This document shows, in pieces, positions 26,001 through 39,800 of a stretch of 64,000 bases of DNA (position 1 is its first letter; each line of letters begins with the position of its first letter). Source of the DNA: Trichoplax sp. H2 (Eukaryota); NCBI GenBank assembly GCA_003344405.1, contig NOWV01000024.1:186001-250000 (forward strand). The letters run 5' to 3'. The position numbers and the translations under genes are program-made. The notes under the pieces are model-generated. The model saw nothing but the letters and a program-made list of their open reading frames with translations. It searched no databases and was not told the origin of the DNA.

Positions 26001-28550
26001 TTTGATTATTTACTTGATTTTGCATTTCTCGGTTTCTTTTTGCTTCAAGCTCTTTCTGAGTTTGAGAATCTAAAGCAAACCCTCTGCCTCTTAAATAAGA
26101 CCTATTGGTAAATTTAATAGATTATATAAATTATTCAGTGATACTTAGTCTCAGTTTATCTATCATACAATAATTAAAACTTTGAGTTTTACAATCATTC
26201 TGAATAAATCAATGTTATAGCATACTTGTTTTCATCTTCTTCTTTATTTGCAACGGGTGAAATTTGCTGTTGGTTCTGAATTAGTAAATTACTCGGTTCT
26301 TGCGCCTATATGATAACATCATATTTACTTAATGTCCTCTATTACGTACACTGCTTATAAATCACTTCAAGATTAAGGAGTTTATTTACTATCTCCAAAT
26401 TGGCTGCATTAATTATTGCTCATTAACGCGAAGATTATTCTTTATATCATTCTATATATATATATGCATTTTTCAAATCGTTTCGTTTCTAACCTCCGAA
26501 GAAAATTTACTAGTTTTTTTACGTTGCTGCTTGGATTGAATTTGTTGTTCTAATCAGTTAAAAGGTAAATTTATCAATTTATGATGATAGAAACATTTAT
26601 GAATTAGAATCTAAGAGAAATTATGTACTCTATGTAGTTGTTTCCGACCTAAATCTGCTAGCCATCGGCGCTTTTCTTGCTCTTTTACTTGATCAACCCA
26701 ATTTGATGGAGCAACTTCCTATTAGAAATATTGAATTTTTTTATTTCTGAAAGTTTATCGACACATTCAATTTCTAGTAGTTTATTACGTATACCAGACA
26801 GTAGATACTTCCTTTTAATTTGCAGTCTTTCTATAACATTAAGGTCTCTCAAACTCACCCCTATAATCATGGATGATCTCATGGCTGGTGGCAAATTATC
26901 ATTAAAATTAGTCGTTGGGGATAGAGCTAAGATCAAATATCATTTTTAAAGTACAGGTTATAAAAGCAAAATTTAGATATGCAGTAATTTATTGATATGT
27001 CAAGATGACTTGTACGAAAACAAGATAGCATTGAGCTAAAATTGAAACCCATAGTAACGAAATTCTAACATTGAATATATTCATAACTATTATTCAAAAT
27101 ACTATAATTTAGAAATTACAGGTTTTGTTTTGATCCATATGAATAGATAATCGACCTTCGGTATTTAATGTATTTTCTTGCCTCGGTAAAGAATCAGTCT
27201 GTGTGGGCTGCAAAATGTAATTATATAATTAATAAATATTGCCAGTAGATAACGAGAGGCAGGAATGGGCAGGCATCTATACTAGTAAGTACCATCTCTA
27301 AGCTTTCATTTAATTTTCTCCTTCTATAATCATGAACAATTTGTCGGTTATCATCTACTATTGGTGCACCACATCCTGGCCTTCCCCATGGATTATAATA
27401 TTCTTCTACATCGTCTTTACGCTATAGTTAAGTAAAAGATAACGTTGTACGTTTGTAATCTAGTTGCCTATGAGATATGCTGTAAGTGAAGCGGAATTAT
27501 GCTTGGAGAAATATTTTATTTCATGAGAAAGCAAAATTGACGTAAATTTGACATACATTCTTGATCGCATCTTTCATTTTCTTTCTTTCCTGTACCTGTT
27601 TAGCTGTTAAAACAAGTGGGTTTATTAGTATTATTAAGTAGTGTCTAATTATCAATATATTGCTGAGCTAAATCATTTTTACCCAAGTCTTGTTTCCATT
27701 TTTCATTTAGACGTTGCTCAACTACAATTCGATTACTCGATGACTGTTCATGTGTATGCATCTTAATACTTTTAAGTAAATCATCATCATTTAGAAGATT
27801 ACTTTGTGGTTCTTCCAGCCTTTCAACGATATTTGGAGCCGATGTAGGTTCTGATATTTTCTTCTCGGGTATAGTTGATTCTAGCAATTCTTGATTTGTT
27901 GCATGATCATAAGTCTGTAACGGTGCTGTCGATAGTCCTACATCTCCTGCTGTCGTTATGTGCTCATTTTTTATAGTTTTTGCAGGCTTTATTGCTGTTT
28001 TAGATTCACTCTTTGATGAGTTAATCCTACTTTTAATAGTATCATCTGGCTTTGGCCTAGGCCTACCGGATTTATCTTGATTAGCTAATTTAGGCTTTGA
28101 ATTCTTTACAGGTTGTGATGTTTTCAAGACCTTGGCACTCTTATTCGGAACAGAGCTATTAGTATTACTGCGTTGAGGCTTAGTTTGTTTCGTTGTATTT
28201 GTCTAATCAAATAAATAAATGAACATATTAAGAAAGTATTCGGACAATTTTTACTGACTGTTTTTCTATATGTAGTACCTACCGATGCTTTCTTTGGTTT
28301 ACCAATAGATACCGTTCTGTCTATAATTTTTTGAGATAAACTCTTGTAAGTGTTAACAGATCCCTTTAGTAGAAGTAATCACGAAAGAAACTTACCTGAC
28401 CCGATTACAATTTCTTTGCCTCCAGATTTTAATGATATTGGAAACTGAACTCTTCTACCACTTGGTAAAATAACATTTTTAGTACTTATACGAAACTGAT
28501 TTACCTAATCGTTAGAAAGCACTAAATTTATAATGTAGCTACCTGGACAT
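23070..28550 (-). CDS. CCDC66: CCDC66-like centriolar-satellite/ciliary coiled-coil protein (~20 exons; ATG 28550, last exon 23153-23070)
   Basis: Spliced segments EKWKQDL.KQVQERKK, YNPWGRPGCGAP, LPPAMRSSMIIGEVAP..KEQEKRRWLADLEQQI, SYLRGRGFALDSQTQKELEAKRNREMQNQ, AQEAAKL.KKEKLMRKLKKHGHDVSNL and QDEILDQLATLRKGLLLRRNELE follow the conserved blocks I recall for CCDC66 in the same order. Confidence 0.7.
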
Positions 28551-29574
28551 TTTAGGCGCTGGTATTTAAGTTGGCTCTTATTCTGAGTGATGTATACTGT
28601 ATAGTATTGATTGACTTATACAACTTGTTTCCATGTATCTTCAAATAGGATGACTTAATCAGAAAATTTGATTGATTACATGAAAGGAAATAGGTAGAAT
28701 AAAGCATAGCATAGTATGAAGTGGCTATAACGTCTTTATGTTAAAGTTAAATATAGAGTAACCTATCTTCAGAGATAGACGATTACGTCAGTGAAATCAT
28801 TATATGTGGTAAATAGCAATGAAATAATGTAGAAAAATGATAAGAGTTGAAAGTTTGGTAAAAATTTTAAATTTTAAAATGAAATGAAAACCTATCATGC
28901 ATCGTATTAATTTGCATAGGACAAGATTGAAATCCAAAGTTATATTTTTGCCTCTATCTATATCTTAGAGTAAATAATAACCAGTAGAAACTTATAATGT
29001 TCGTTAAAAATACTTGATTCTTTTAAACGTCTACTACAGCATAGGCTAGCAACTGGGTAAAGTTTGGCGGTAATATTGGTAAATGCTCTCGTCCTAAGAT
29101 AATTTAGCAACTTTATGCTATCATTAATCCTTACGCTATAATATGCACTCAAGATTTAACAGACTATATCGTTAAAATTAGTACTATTTTACTTACAAAA
29201 ATATATAATGGCTATCAATTTAATGGAAATAAATGTCTTCCATTTCGGTGATAGGGTACAGCAGAAGCAAATTTCGAGAAAGGAATATTTAAGTCCTAGC
29301 AAACAATAAAAGAGACTCAGAATGCCAGATTTTTACTACGATAACAGACTACAGTACAGAGGATAGACCTGTATTAAGTATATACGATATATCATATGCT
29401 CTTTTGTTACTGTTTATTATACTACTAATGCAACAGAAGTAAAGCTTCTTATTACTGTAAATTTATCACGCCAATTGAATGTGTAGAATATAGTTGCTAA
29501 AGTGCTGTATGGAGCTTAGACTCAGTTTGATGCAGCAAAAAGTCTTCGTGGGCGGTTTTGGGTGCAAACTAGTA

Positions 29575-29594
29575 TCGGTTGCTATAGCAACCGA
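29575..29594. promoter_or_regulatory. Perfect palindromic RFX X-box upstream of the CCDC66-like gene
   Basis: TCGGTTGCTATAGCAACCGA is a 20-bp palindrome containing GTTGCTATAGCAAC (29578-29591), ~1 kb 5' of the ATG. Confidence 0.7.
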
Positions 29595-30096
29595 GTAGAA
29601 GATTATAGAAATCTATAAGGAAATTAAATTGATAATGTACGTACTCGATCATTCCGTAGTAGCTCATAATATTACCTGTTATGACTTGCTTTCTACGCAA
29701 GGAGCAACCTAATATTTCAAGTTTACCATTTCGTATCGGTACCAAGCCAACCATAGCCTAAATGCTAAGATATCATGCAAAAGTGCATGAAGGAATTTCG
29801 CGGTATGTTTTATATAAAGCTATAGAATCGCATAAGTTGCTAAGATATGATGTTAAAATTGCTTTATAGATACAAAATGACAGAGCGAAAAGTCAATTAG
29901 ATTTGAGACTTGCTTCTTACTATTAATAGGCAATAACAGAGAATTGCAGTTGTATATAATTCGAGGGTAGATTAATGAGGCAGGAGAAACTTTCACATAT
30001 TTGTATTATCGTTTAGAATAAACAAAGTTAAATAAGATCTATAGCATATTTCTATAAAGCTACAAATATGGTTTAATGTCCTGAAAATTTTGATAT

Positions 30097-30410
30097 AAAT
30101 TGATTTCAATTAGAGTGAGTATGAAGCACTCGCTAAATAAAAATTTTAATAAAACTTTAAGTTTTTAAAGTTTATTCTTAGCCATGTATTCAATAGATAT
30201 TAAAGATGTTACAGTATTTAAAAAATGGCATTAATTTGTTCGACCACACAAATTGATTTCAATTTGAGGAAGTATAGAGCTCTAGCTTAATAAAAATTTT
30301 AATAAACTTCAAATTTTCAAAATTCATGCTTAGCCATGCGTTCCAATACATGTGCAAGACTAGTGCTACATTTTAAGGTAGCTAAGTATTAATTTATTCG
30401 ACTGTACAAA
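30097..30410. repeat. Degenerate tandem duplication (~153 bp period)
   Basis: aaattgatttcaatt...aataaaaattttaataaa...cttagccatg at ~30097 and ~30251. Confidence 0.75.
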
Positions 30411-30892
30411 TTTCAATACCCAAAGCCAGATATGAGTCATAGTGAAATTTTATGAAAGATTTTAAAACAGATCTTGAATGATTAATCCAACGTATTTTTA
30501 TAGTACAACCAAAATAAGATATATGTGTATACTATACATAGAATTGAATAGTTTTAAAATCTTAATAAATAATGACTTAAGAACATCATACGAAATTACG
30601 TCACGAGTATTTAGCAATTATTTTAGTGCATTAAAATGGATTTGATCATCTCATGTGAATTTAAGCTAAACGCATAAGTAGCGTGTAAATGTTAATTAAA
30701 TAGCTACAGAATTCAGCTAATGTTCGAAATAGAAGAGAATAAATAGCTATTTAAAATTTCGATTTAATCATAGTGAACATTTAATATTAGCTTTAAAATG
30801 TTAAAAACAAAGAATATTAAATTTGTTTCAGTATTAGTTTGAAAAGACTGATAAAATATTTTCTAAGAAATTTGTTAACAGTAGAGCGTCGT

Positions 30893-33800
30893 TTAAAATC
30901 CACGACTTGGGAGGTAATGTAGATTTGCAGTGGCTTGAAGTTTCATTGGGGCAATTCTGGTAAAATTACTGCCACAGGAAACTAAGTAAAATATAATACA
31001 ATTACAGAAACTACCAAAAATTATATTAATAGCAATAAATATTAAATTCTTTGATCATTTTATCAAAAGCTGTATCTTGATAGTAAATATTAGCTTGCTG
31101 CCTAGCATTTTATTTTCAAAAGCAACTTACAATGCTTCGTTTTCAGTATTTGCTTTACCAGATTGCTGATTATTATTCATAATGGGATCAACGACCATAA
31201 CTTTCTCAACCGTGCTATACAATATTATAAATGAATAGATGATTACGTAAATAATTAAATAAATCTAGTATTGGTATAGCCCTAATGATAATAGTTTCGT
31301 AATATCAAATTGAAACATAACATTGAAAAGCTTACGTAATTTCCTTCTTAGAACTTTTTCGGGAAATAGTGCTTCGAGTATCTACATTTGATCCATTGGT
31401 CAACCTAAGTATATTATGAAGTATATAGATATTATGCAGTTATTTTGCTAAACTAAAATAGGAAGAAATCGTAAAGACTTACGATAACGAATCTTCCTCT
31501 TCATCATCGTCGCTATCATCTCCATAATGACTCAAGCTAACTTCCATGATAAACGAACCTCTTGTTATGTCATTATCATAATCATTTTCTTCACTATCAG
31601 GTTCCGTTTCCTGCGGTTCTTTCTTACTAATATACAGAATGGATAGTTAATGAGTAATGCAAAGGAACCATTAAACTTTAAATCAAATGATAAGTCATAG
31701 TGATCGTATTTGAAGCACATCGAAAGGTTGCTAAACGCCAAATTTTCACTATGTTAGAACATACACGTCGCTATCCGCTCTTGGAATTTGGAAAGAATTT
31801 ACAAATGATGTCATCTGGTGACCTCTCATCATGTCTCTATTTCAGTAAACAGATTGAACTTCTTATTTTAATAGCCGTAAATCGATTATAATTTAAAACG
31901 CATTATAACGAATAGCACTTACAATGTCGTTCGTTTTGTTTCCCCATCATTCTAGATATAAATAGAAAATAATTTGTGATACGATTATCAATACTGTCTT
32001 ACTGAATCTTGGATTGCGAAGAAGCAGCATTCATTTTAAAATAATTCGTTAACCTATTGAAGTCGTTTATTTATCAGAATAAATAAACTTACGATATAAT
32101 CCCCAAAAAGATAGAAAACAGGTGTAATGATGCCCTAAAAACAAGATGTAATAGTATATACGTTTGTCATTGTCGATAATTCTATATCAAGTACTTTGCT
32201 TCTGGCCTCATTATTCGATATTGTCGCATAAAAAATAATGAAGAACTTAGGTATCACTACTAATCATTGAAATGATAATTTAGTCGATAAATCTACGTCT
32301 ACAAATCATATCTATAGTAGTAATATTGCAAACATAGAAGATATTAATATTAGAGCTAATCAATTAAGAGATTATCTTGAAGCGCTGTTTCAGCGAAAGC
32401 AAACTAATAAATTTGATACTGATGACAATTTCAATGCAGTTATTCATACTTATACTTATTATAAGAGGATGCTTACCTGTACTGCAATTAACACGTTAAC
32501 TAGAATTTCTAAATTAGTATATTTATAGGTGAAGTAGATTGCAGCAACAATTTGATCACTGGCAACGATTAATGACCATAGGGATAGGAATACTAATTTA
32601 AGCCTAACAAATACAGATTTAAAATGATTAACGCATGTCATTAAGCAGAAGGAATTTTCTTAACGACGTTCTAAATGTTACTAACCAGAAGCGATTAGTA
32701 GTTGAAACAATCTTGTTATACCGAACCATCTCACAAATTAAAACGATTATAGTAACCTAAGTAAAGCAGCATTAAAGATTAATTAAATATTATATGGTAA
32801 ATTCTGCGTTAAACCTTTGCTCTTATATAAATATCAAATCTATAATATCAGGTACAGTAGCTTCTATTGCCATTACCAAAACCATCAGCCCAGCTGGGCC
32901 GATAAAAGCCATAACCATAGAGTTAATAGAGCTTAACCAACATCTTAGAAAGATTTGCATCATATTAATTGCATATATACATCTCATTGTACTATGGACT
33001 TTTATAGAACTATTGCCGAATTTCAGTATAGATACTGAATTAAACTCTCTTACATTGAAGAAGAAATGTAGCTTTTCTTCCATACACCAGCTGCAACTCC
33101 AGGAGGTATCATAGGAATAACTGGAAAAGCAAAATGGAATGTTTAAATTGATTTCATAATGAATAAATTATAATTAGTATACCTAATACTCACTTAGTGC
33201 TAACGGTAAAGACCATTTCAAGCTAATGGAATAAGTATTTAAGGATAGAGATAAATACAGATGGGATATAATCGGGATAAGAAAAAATATGACCAAGGAC
33301 GTGTAATGAGTTGCTATAGTAATAATGAGGCAAATTACCTAAATGAAAATAAGATAATTGTAAATGCATTAATGGTCGAAACTTAGCAAATTTGATAGAA
33401 TTTATTATCTAGTTACAACCGTTAAATTATTTTGACGGTAATATCTTAGTAATCACATTAATGTATTAGTAGCATAAAGTATAAATTGACGATCGTTTCA
33501 TCTGCCAAATTAGCGAGAACACCTAAATTAGCCATGTTATCAAAAATTTTATAGCTAGAAATCTACATTGTATTCCATTCATGGTGAATTAACTAACTCT
33601 ATCTGCTGAAGCCAACTGAGGCTGTAAAGCTCCGAAAAATATTAAGCCTAATGACAGCAAGAAGAATATTGACAAGCACAAAACCACTCCATCGTACTTT
33701 CTTCGACGTTTACTAAAGGAGGAAAATAATCGATGAAAATTAAGATAACGGCTATTTGCATCATATAAGTTTGTTACTTTATAGTAATGTAAGTAGTATT

Positions 33801-36800
33801 ATTTAACTAGCAATTAGACATTAGGGAGATAATGAGTATCAGATACTTACATGATGCCAATAATACTAAGTACTAAAGTAAGAAGACTGCCAGCTGCTCC
33901 TAAGCCGAAGCAGATCAAGGTCGCACTAGAAACGTAACCTTGAACTTCTATTTCTTTCTGAAATCAAAAGATTAATGAGTAGAAGATGTAGTAAGATGAA
34001 CAAAACAATGTTTCTTTTCTCCGATATTTTGAGTTTAAAATTAGTAAAAGTTGCTGGATTAATACTGATATTAATGAACTTATATGCACTGGATAGCAAA
34101 GAATCATGATAATCAAATTTTAAAGTAAGGATTGGAAAGGAATAGGTATTGAATTTAATTCTTGATATGGGTTTAATAAATAATTACGGACCTCAATTGA
34201 AGTGGTTAGTAAGCTAAAAACTGTTAAGTGGGTGCATTGGCAGTCGGTATGAGTTGAATTTGTCGACTTGATGCGGCAACCATTGTCAGACCAGGATTTG
34301 CTGCAATATTGAAGAAGTTGTTAGTCGAACGATAAGTTAAACCATGTACCTATACGTTGTAATTGAACAGTATATCTACTAGGATTTTGTTCTCCTACCT
34401 GGTATAGTTCCAGAAGCAACAAACTGGCTGGACGATTTTAAGATCAATAGGCTGAAAATAGATATTTAGAGTGTTGAATGGATAGCTGGATACTAAAATG
34501 GGGAAAGTTTCGTACTACTATATATATACAACTTACACCGCTATGCTGGAAATGCAATATAACGGGTGGATCAAGGATGAAGCTCATTTCCGGAATAAAA
34601 GAAGCGGATAAAACATCTGACTTCATGACCGTCGTTTTGCCTTTCTTAACTTGACTGTAGATAGCAAGAAATTTTAATGAGCTCGACGAAAATGAATTTA
34701 GATAGTAAGCAGGACTGTATCAATTTAAAAATCAGAGAGGATATGTAAACGATGGACGCAGCATCTGCAGAATCTTAGGAAAGAATATTAGTTTAATTAT
34801 TTAAATTTGATTTATTAGATATGATATAGTCAGTCAATTTATTTAAATAACACAGCTAAAAATACTAATATTTAAAATTGAAGGAGTAAATAAACGAAGG
34901 ACACAAACATGTAGAATATGAGGAAAGAATACCAGTTTATGTATGATTGAATCGTGGATATCTATTTTAATTAATTTGATTTATTGGATTTAATATAGTT
35001 AGTCAATGTAGTTAAGTAACGGTAGTAGCCATGCTAATATTTAAAATTAGAGATAGAAAGTAGATGATCAATATCTATGGAAACCAGAAAAAACAACACT
35101 TACGCCTAAGGATTACGATTGTCAAATTGAGTTTGTTTTATTTAATGCACGGCAGCGACTATAATTTGTGAACTCGAATTGTTATTATAGAATCTGAACG
35201 CAATAAAAACTGTATAGCAATCATAAAATTACGTTAACCTTGTTATATGCAATAGTAAAGAAAAAGAATAGTAAAAGTGTTCTTAATATACTATATTAAT
35301 CAACAAGCTTTAATCACCAACTGTTATAAAGCATACATAACAGTTATAAAAGGGAATTATATAAAGCATTCAGAAAGACGATCTCTCTTCACCTAATTAC
35401 TAGCTATTGTATTGTAGGAATCCTTCTTATAATAACTCAAAAAAAACTTTTAAGTTTGTTATTAGAACACATCCGCTAATCAACTTGAATTTTGCGAACC
35501 TGAAATATATTTGATCCTGCCCGAAGGTCCAGAGAGATTGAAGTTTCGAGAATTTGATGCCAATAAAGCTCTCTAAATCGCCTATAAATAAGAGTTCACG
35601 GCGATCATTATTGCTCTCGATTGATTCATTTATTGTCTAGATCGCTATTCCAATTACAGATGTAGCAATCGTTCTAGTAATCACTTAATTGATGTTATCG
35701 CAAGCTGGAGAAATACGCTCAATCTTGGCATTTAGATATAAATAATACCTGATTCTCCAGTAAAGAGAGATGAAGGTAAAATGATTCTAGAAGTAGAGTC
35801 TAATTGTTGATTTGCAGGAAAAATGAAATCCTGAGATTGATCTCTAGCAATTCTCTGCACTTTCAAATCTGCAACAGAAGTGATAATAATTTAGTTAATC
35901 TAATTGTGCTAAAAATTTACACCTACAATAAATGGCATGTAAAATATCAAATTCCAAATCTTACAAATATTTTCTTGTGTGATTTGTGCTATTTGCGTGG
36001 GGACAAGGGTCTGACTATATCTTTCAGCTACAGAATTTAAGTTTTGTATAATTTCTGGAATTTGAGCATCAGGAATCTGCCAAAGTCGTCGGTTATTGCA
36101 ATAAATAGCAAGATGTTAACAATTCATCATGTATTTGCAAATTTAAGTAGATTATAATTAAGTATGTCCAGCAAAATGGCAAAGATTATATCTAATTGCT
36201 ATCTAAAGTCCAGTTTTCTTAGGATTCTTGAAAGATTATTATTATAATCTCGAATTGAAGAATTCTAATGCAAACCTGTCGCTCTTGAAGATAATTCCAC
36301 GAATCCTTGTTTTGTTGTCGTAAAATATTACTCGCTATCGTTGTATAGTTCTGTCATATTCATTATAGACATAAAATATTGCCGATTTAAGATTTAATCT
36401 GTTTATTTTGTTGTCTACAGAGAGATATTCTTCTACTGATTTATCTTACCCGCAATACAGTTTCCGTTAGTAACGATGGTGTTATTAACTTTGAGCCAAG
36501 TATTTTCATGATGATCGAAGACTCAATCAAGTTTCCTTGAATATTTATATTTGACATCGAAGTCAACTCAACTGTTGTGCCAATGTCATTAAATAGAACT
36601 AAATCATCGCGACCAGGTAAAATATCCTGGATTTATTAAAATGAATCATAAAAACAATAATCAGCTTCTCTATTGCTGTATATGTATGACTAACTTTTAT
36701 AGCGTAGGTTCTCAATTTTATAGGATTATTGACTTTTTAACTATAAAATAGAGAACTGCAGTAGCAGCACTGATCAATTTTACCTTTAGAGACTGATGTA

Positions 36801-39800
36801 GAACCAGTAAGGAACTACTTTTACAATTGGTTAGATCGGGTTGTTGCCATGATGGCAGATTACTGCTATTCCCAGGCAAGCAATATCTTGATGCATTACC
36901 TATGCAGATGAAGCCAGTAATAAAATAAGGATTCATGACAGTAAGAAATTGAACAGTAATGGCTTTAATTGCTCCATAATTTAGAGCTTTTGTCGTTATT
37001 TAAAGTGAGCTATCACCTTTTAGTATTATATTAATTTCAAAACTATCTTTAAAACCAAAGTTTTAGGTAAATTTTATGATTACCTAGCATATTATCAGGG
37101 CAATCTCTAAAGTTATAACTGTTGGCAGGTGTTAATAACCAGTTAATTAGATCTTGTCTTTCTGCTGGACAAATACTGTTGACATCTGCATTAATCAAAA
37201 TCATTATACAAGAGATGTATAAGTCGTAGCAAACTTTACTAGTAAGCAAACTATGTTGAAATGATTACCTGAAGGAAGAACTGTAACATCTGCTTCAACG
37301 CTAGAACTACCTAATATATTAGCAACAAGGCATCGAATTCGAAGCGGCGAAGTAGAAGCTAATAAGCCACTCATTGTTAACTTAGAAAGAGTGCCTTGTG
37401 TTTCGATCGTTGTTTGTAAATCTACAAGAATAATATCTATAGTAAATACGAAATATCAGAGAAGATAGTGTATACGTGTTTTACCCGGCACGATATTGTT
37501 TCCGTTTCTAAGCCAAGTGAAATTAACTGGCGTAGCAATGAAACCCTGCCCTGTATTCAGTGATGGAATCGAACATTGCATCTGAGCATTATTATTTTCG
37601 TAGATTGCAATAGAAAATAATTGAGGCAAGGGAGCAATTTGGACAGCTATCAATCACGAAATAAATAAAAAGATTCGTATGAGCTTGCTTGTAATTGGAG
37701 TTAGATGTAAGATAAGTATAAAGTAGTAAAATGCAAGGCTGTATGATTAATATCAACAATCATAACTCATGCAAACGTATAAATAGTAGCAAAATTATTA
37801 AATTGTAGAATTAAACGGGTTGCTCGAACGTATAAGACATCTATATCTTGTGAATTGATTAATTCTCTGTAAATGTTTGTTATTAATAAAGCGGCAACGG
37901 TGATTTTGGGATTGCAAATCATGCAAAATAGAAGAAATGATAATTAAGGCTAACGCCTGGATATGAATTAAGTACAATTTACGCTCATGCATAGTTATAG
38001 ATTACTAAAATGTGCATGCACAAAATGATAACTGCTATAGCTTTCATAGATAGAAAAGATCTGAAGTAATTACTAGGGCAAATATTATAATGCGATCAAA
38101 GGATTACATGATAAGAATAAAATCTACGTGAGAAATTTTGTAGTTATGTTTATACTCTAAAATATTGTGGAACATCATTGAATCATATTTACGGCCGCTA
38201 TTGATTTGTTCAAATCTAAGTGAATAGTAAGCACAGCAGCAGTATTTTTACCCCTCTTTATAAATGAGGACAATCAATTTCTTATAGTATTAAAGCTTAT
38301 AAGGAGTTAAAAATTAGCTTAAATCCATACCTTGTTGGCAGGAACTACCTTGCCATCCAGGTCTACACAAACAGTTAGTGCTAGATGTAGTTCCATTACA
38401 ATAACCATGAACGCAAGGGTTATTAAAGCATGGGGTGATAACTGAGGTAGAAAATTAATTAATCATATATTAATCATGGGTGGCAGTAGAAATTACAGTT
38501 ATTATTTTATATAGCTCCAGTAAAACTTCAATTCCACATTAACCTGCTATGAAATATAAATTTTACTGTTGGATGGAACTGACTAGGTGTATGATGAAAC
38601 TAACTATCGTTGTATTAATATTAATTAAATAATTTAGATACTCAACTTGAATTTTAAACAGGAGAATTATCATAAATTTGTTAGGCTAATTTCTTGATTA
38701 AAAAATTCATTAGATAGCTATCTACCTACATGTTTCACATTTAATACCAGTATAAAACTGACTGCAATTGCAGAAATATTCATTAATGGTATTCGTACAA
38801 GTGCCATTATTTAAACAAGGATTAGATGAACATTCATCAATTTCTAGACGGAATAGAACAGGGACACGATTATTAAAAGTTTTACATCTCCTGAAAAGAT
38901 AATCTCTCACGAGTAAGCTAAAATAGAAGCACTTGATAATAGTACTATACCAGTTTCACAATATGCACCAGTCCATCCAGCTTTACAAGAGCAAGTAAAA
39001 GCATTTATTAAGTTGTTACAGCCCCCATAGACACATGGACTGGATAAGCATTCATTGATATCTATATCGAATTAGTAACAGTAACGATTTAAACTCTCAA
39101 TTTATAAATTTATATGAAGCGGTACTTAACTAGATATTTGTTGCCATTAAAAGGGATTAAGATAATTAATTTAAATGTTTAGATCATGGTGTAATAGTAA
39201 TTCTATTGCACTTGATTAGATGTAAGCCAAATTGTCATATTCAAATTAGACTTCATCTTACCTGTATTACAAAATTTTCCTGTCCAACCTTGGCTGCAAT
39301 TACATGTAAAACCGTTAATTTTGTCTGTGCATAGACCTTGTAAACATGGGCTCGAACTACATTCATTTATGTCTGTTCAAAATCATAAAAATTCAAAATT
39401 GTTAAAATGCTATTGATTATGAAAATCCTGGTCAGAAGGAGGGCTTATCTTAAAGTAGCTGTAATAAACTCTCAAACCTGTTTCACATTGAACACCAGTA
39501 TATCCAGGCAAACAATTGCATTGATATTTATTTAATAAATCAAAGCAAGTTCCATTATGGCTACAAGGACTAGATATACATTCATCTGTGTCTATTAATT
39601 AAAGTGAATAAAATTAGTTATAATTCCATTCTTTTTCTAGAGGCTACATAGAATAAAAAAATTATCATCAAAAACTTGGCATTCCAATTTGACATTTAGG
39701 TTAATTACAAACAGACTATAAGAATTTAATTCGTCCAAGAATGAGTTTTTTCATACGAATAGCAAGAAACTGTAAAAATAGTATCGTACTTACTTATCGC

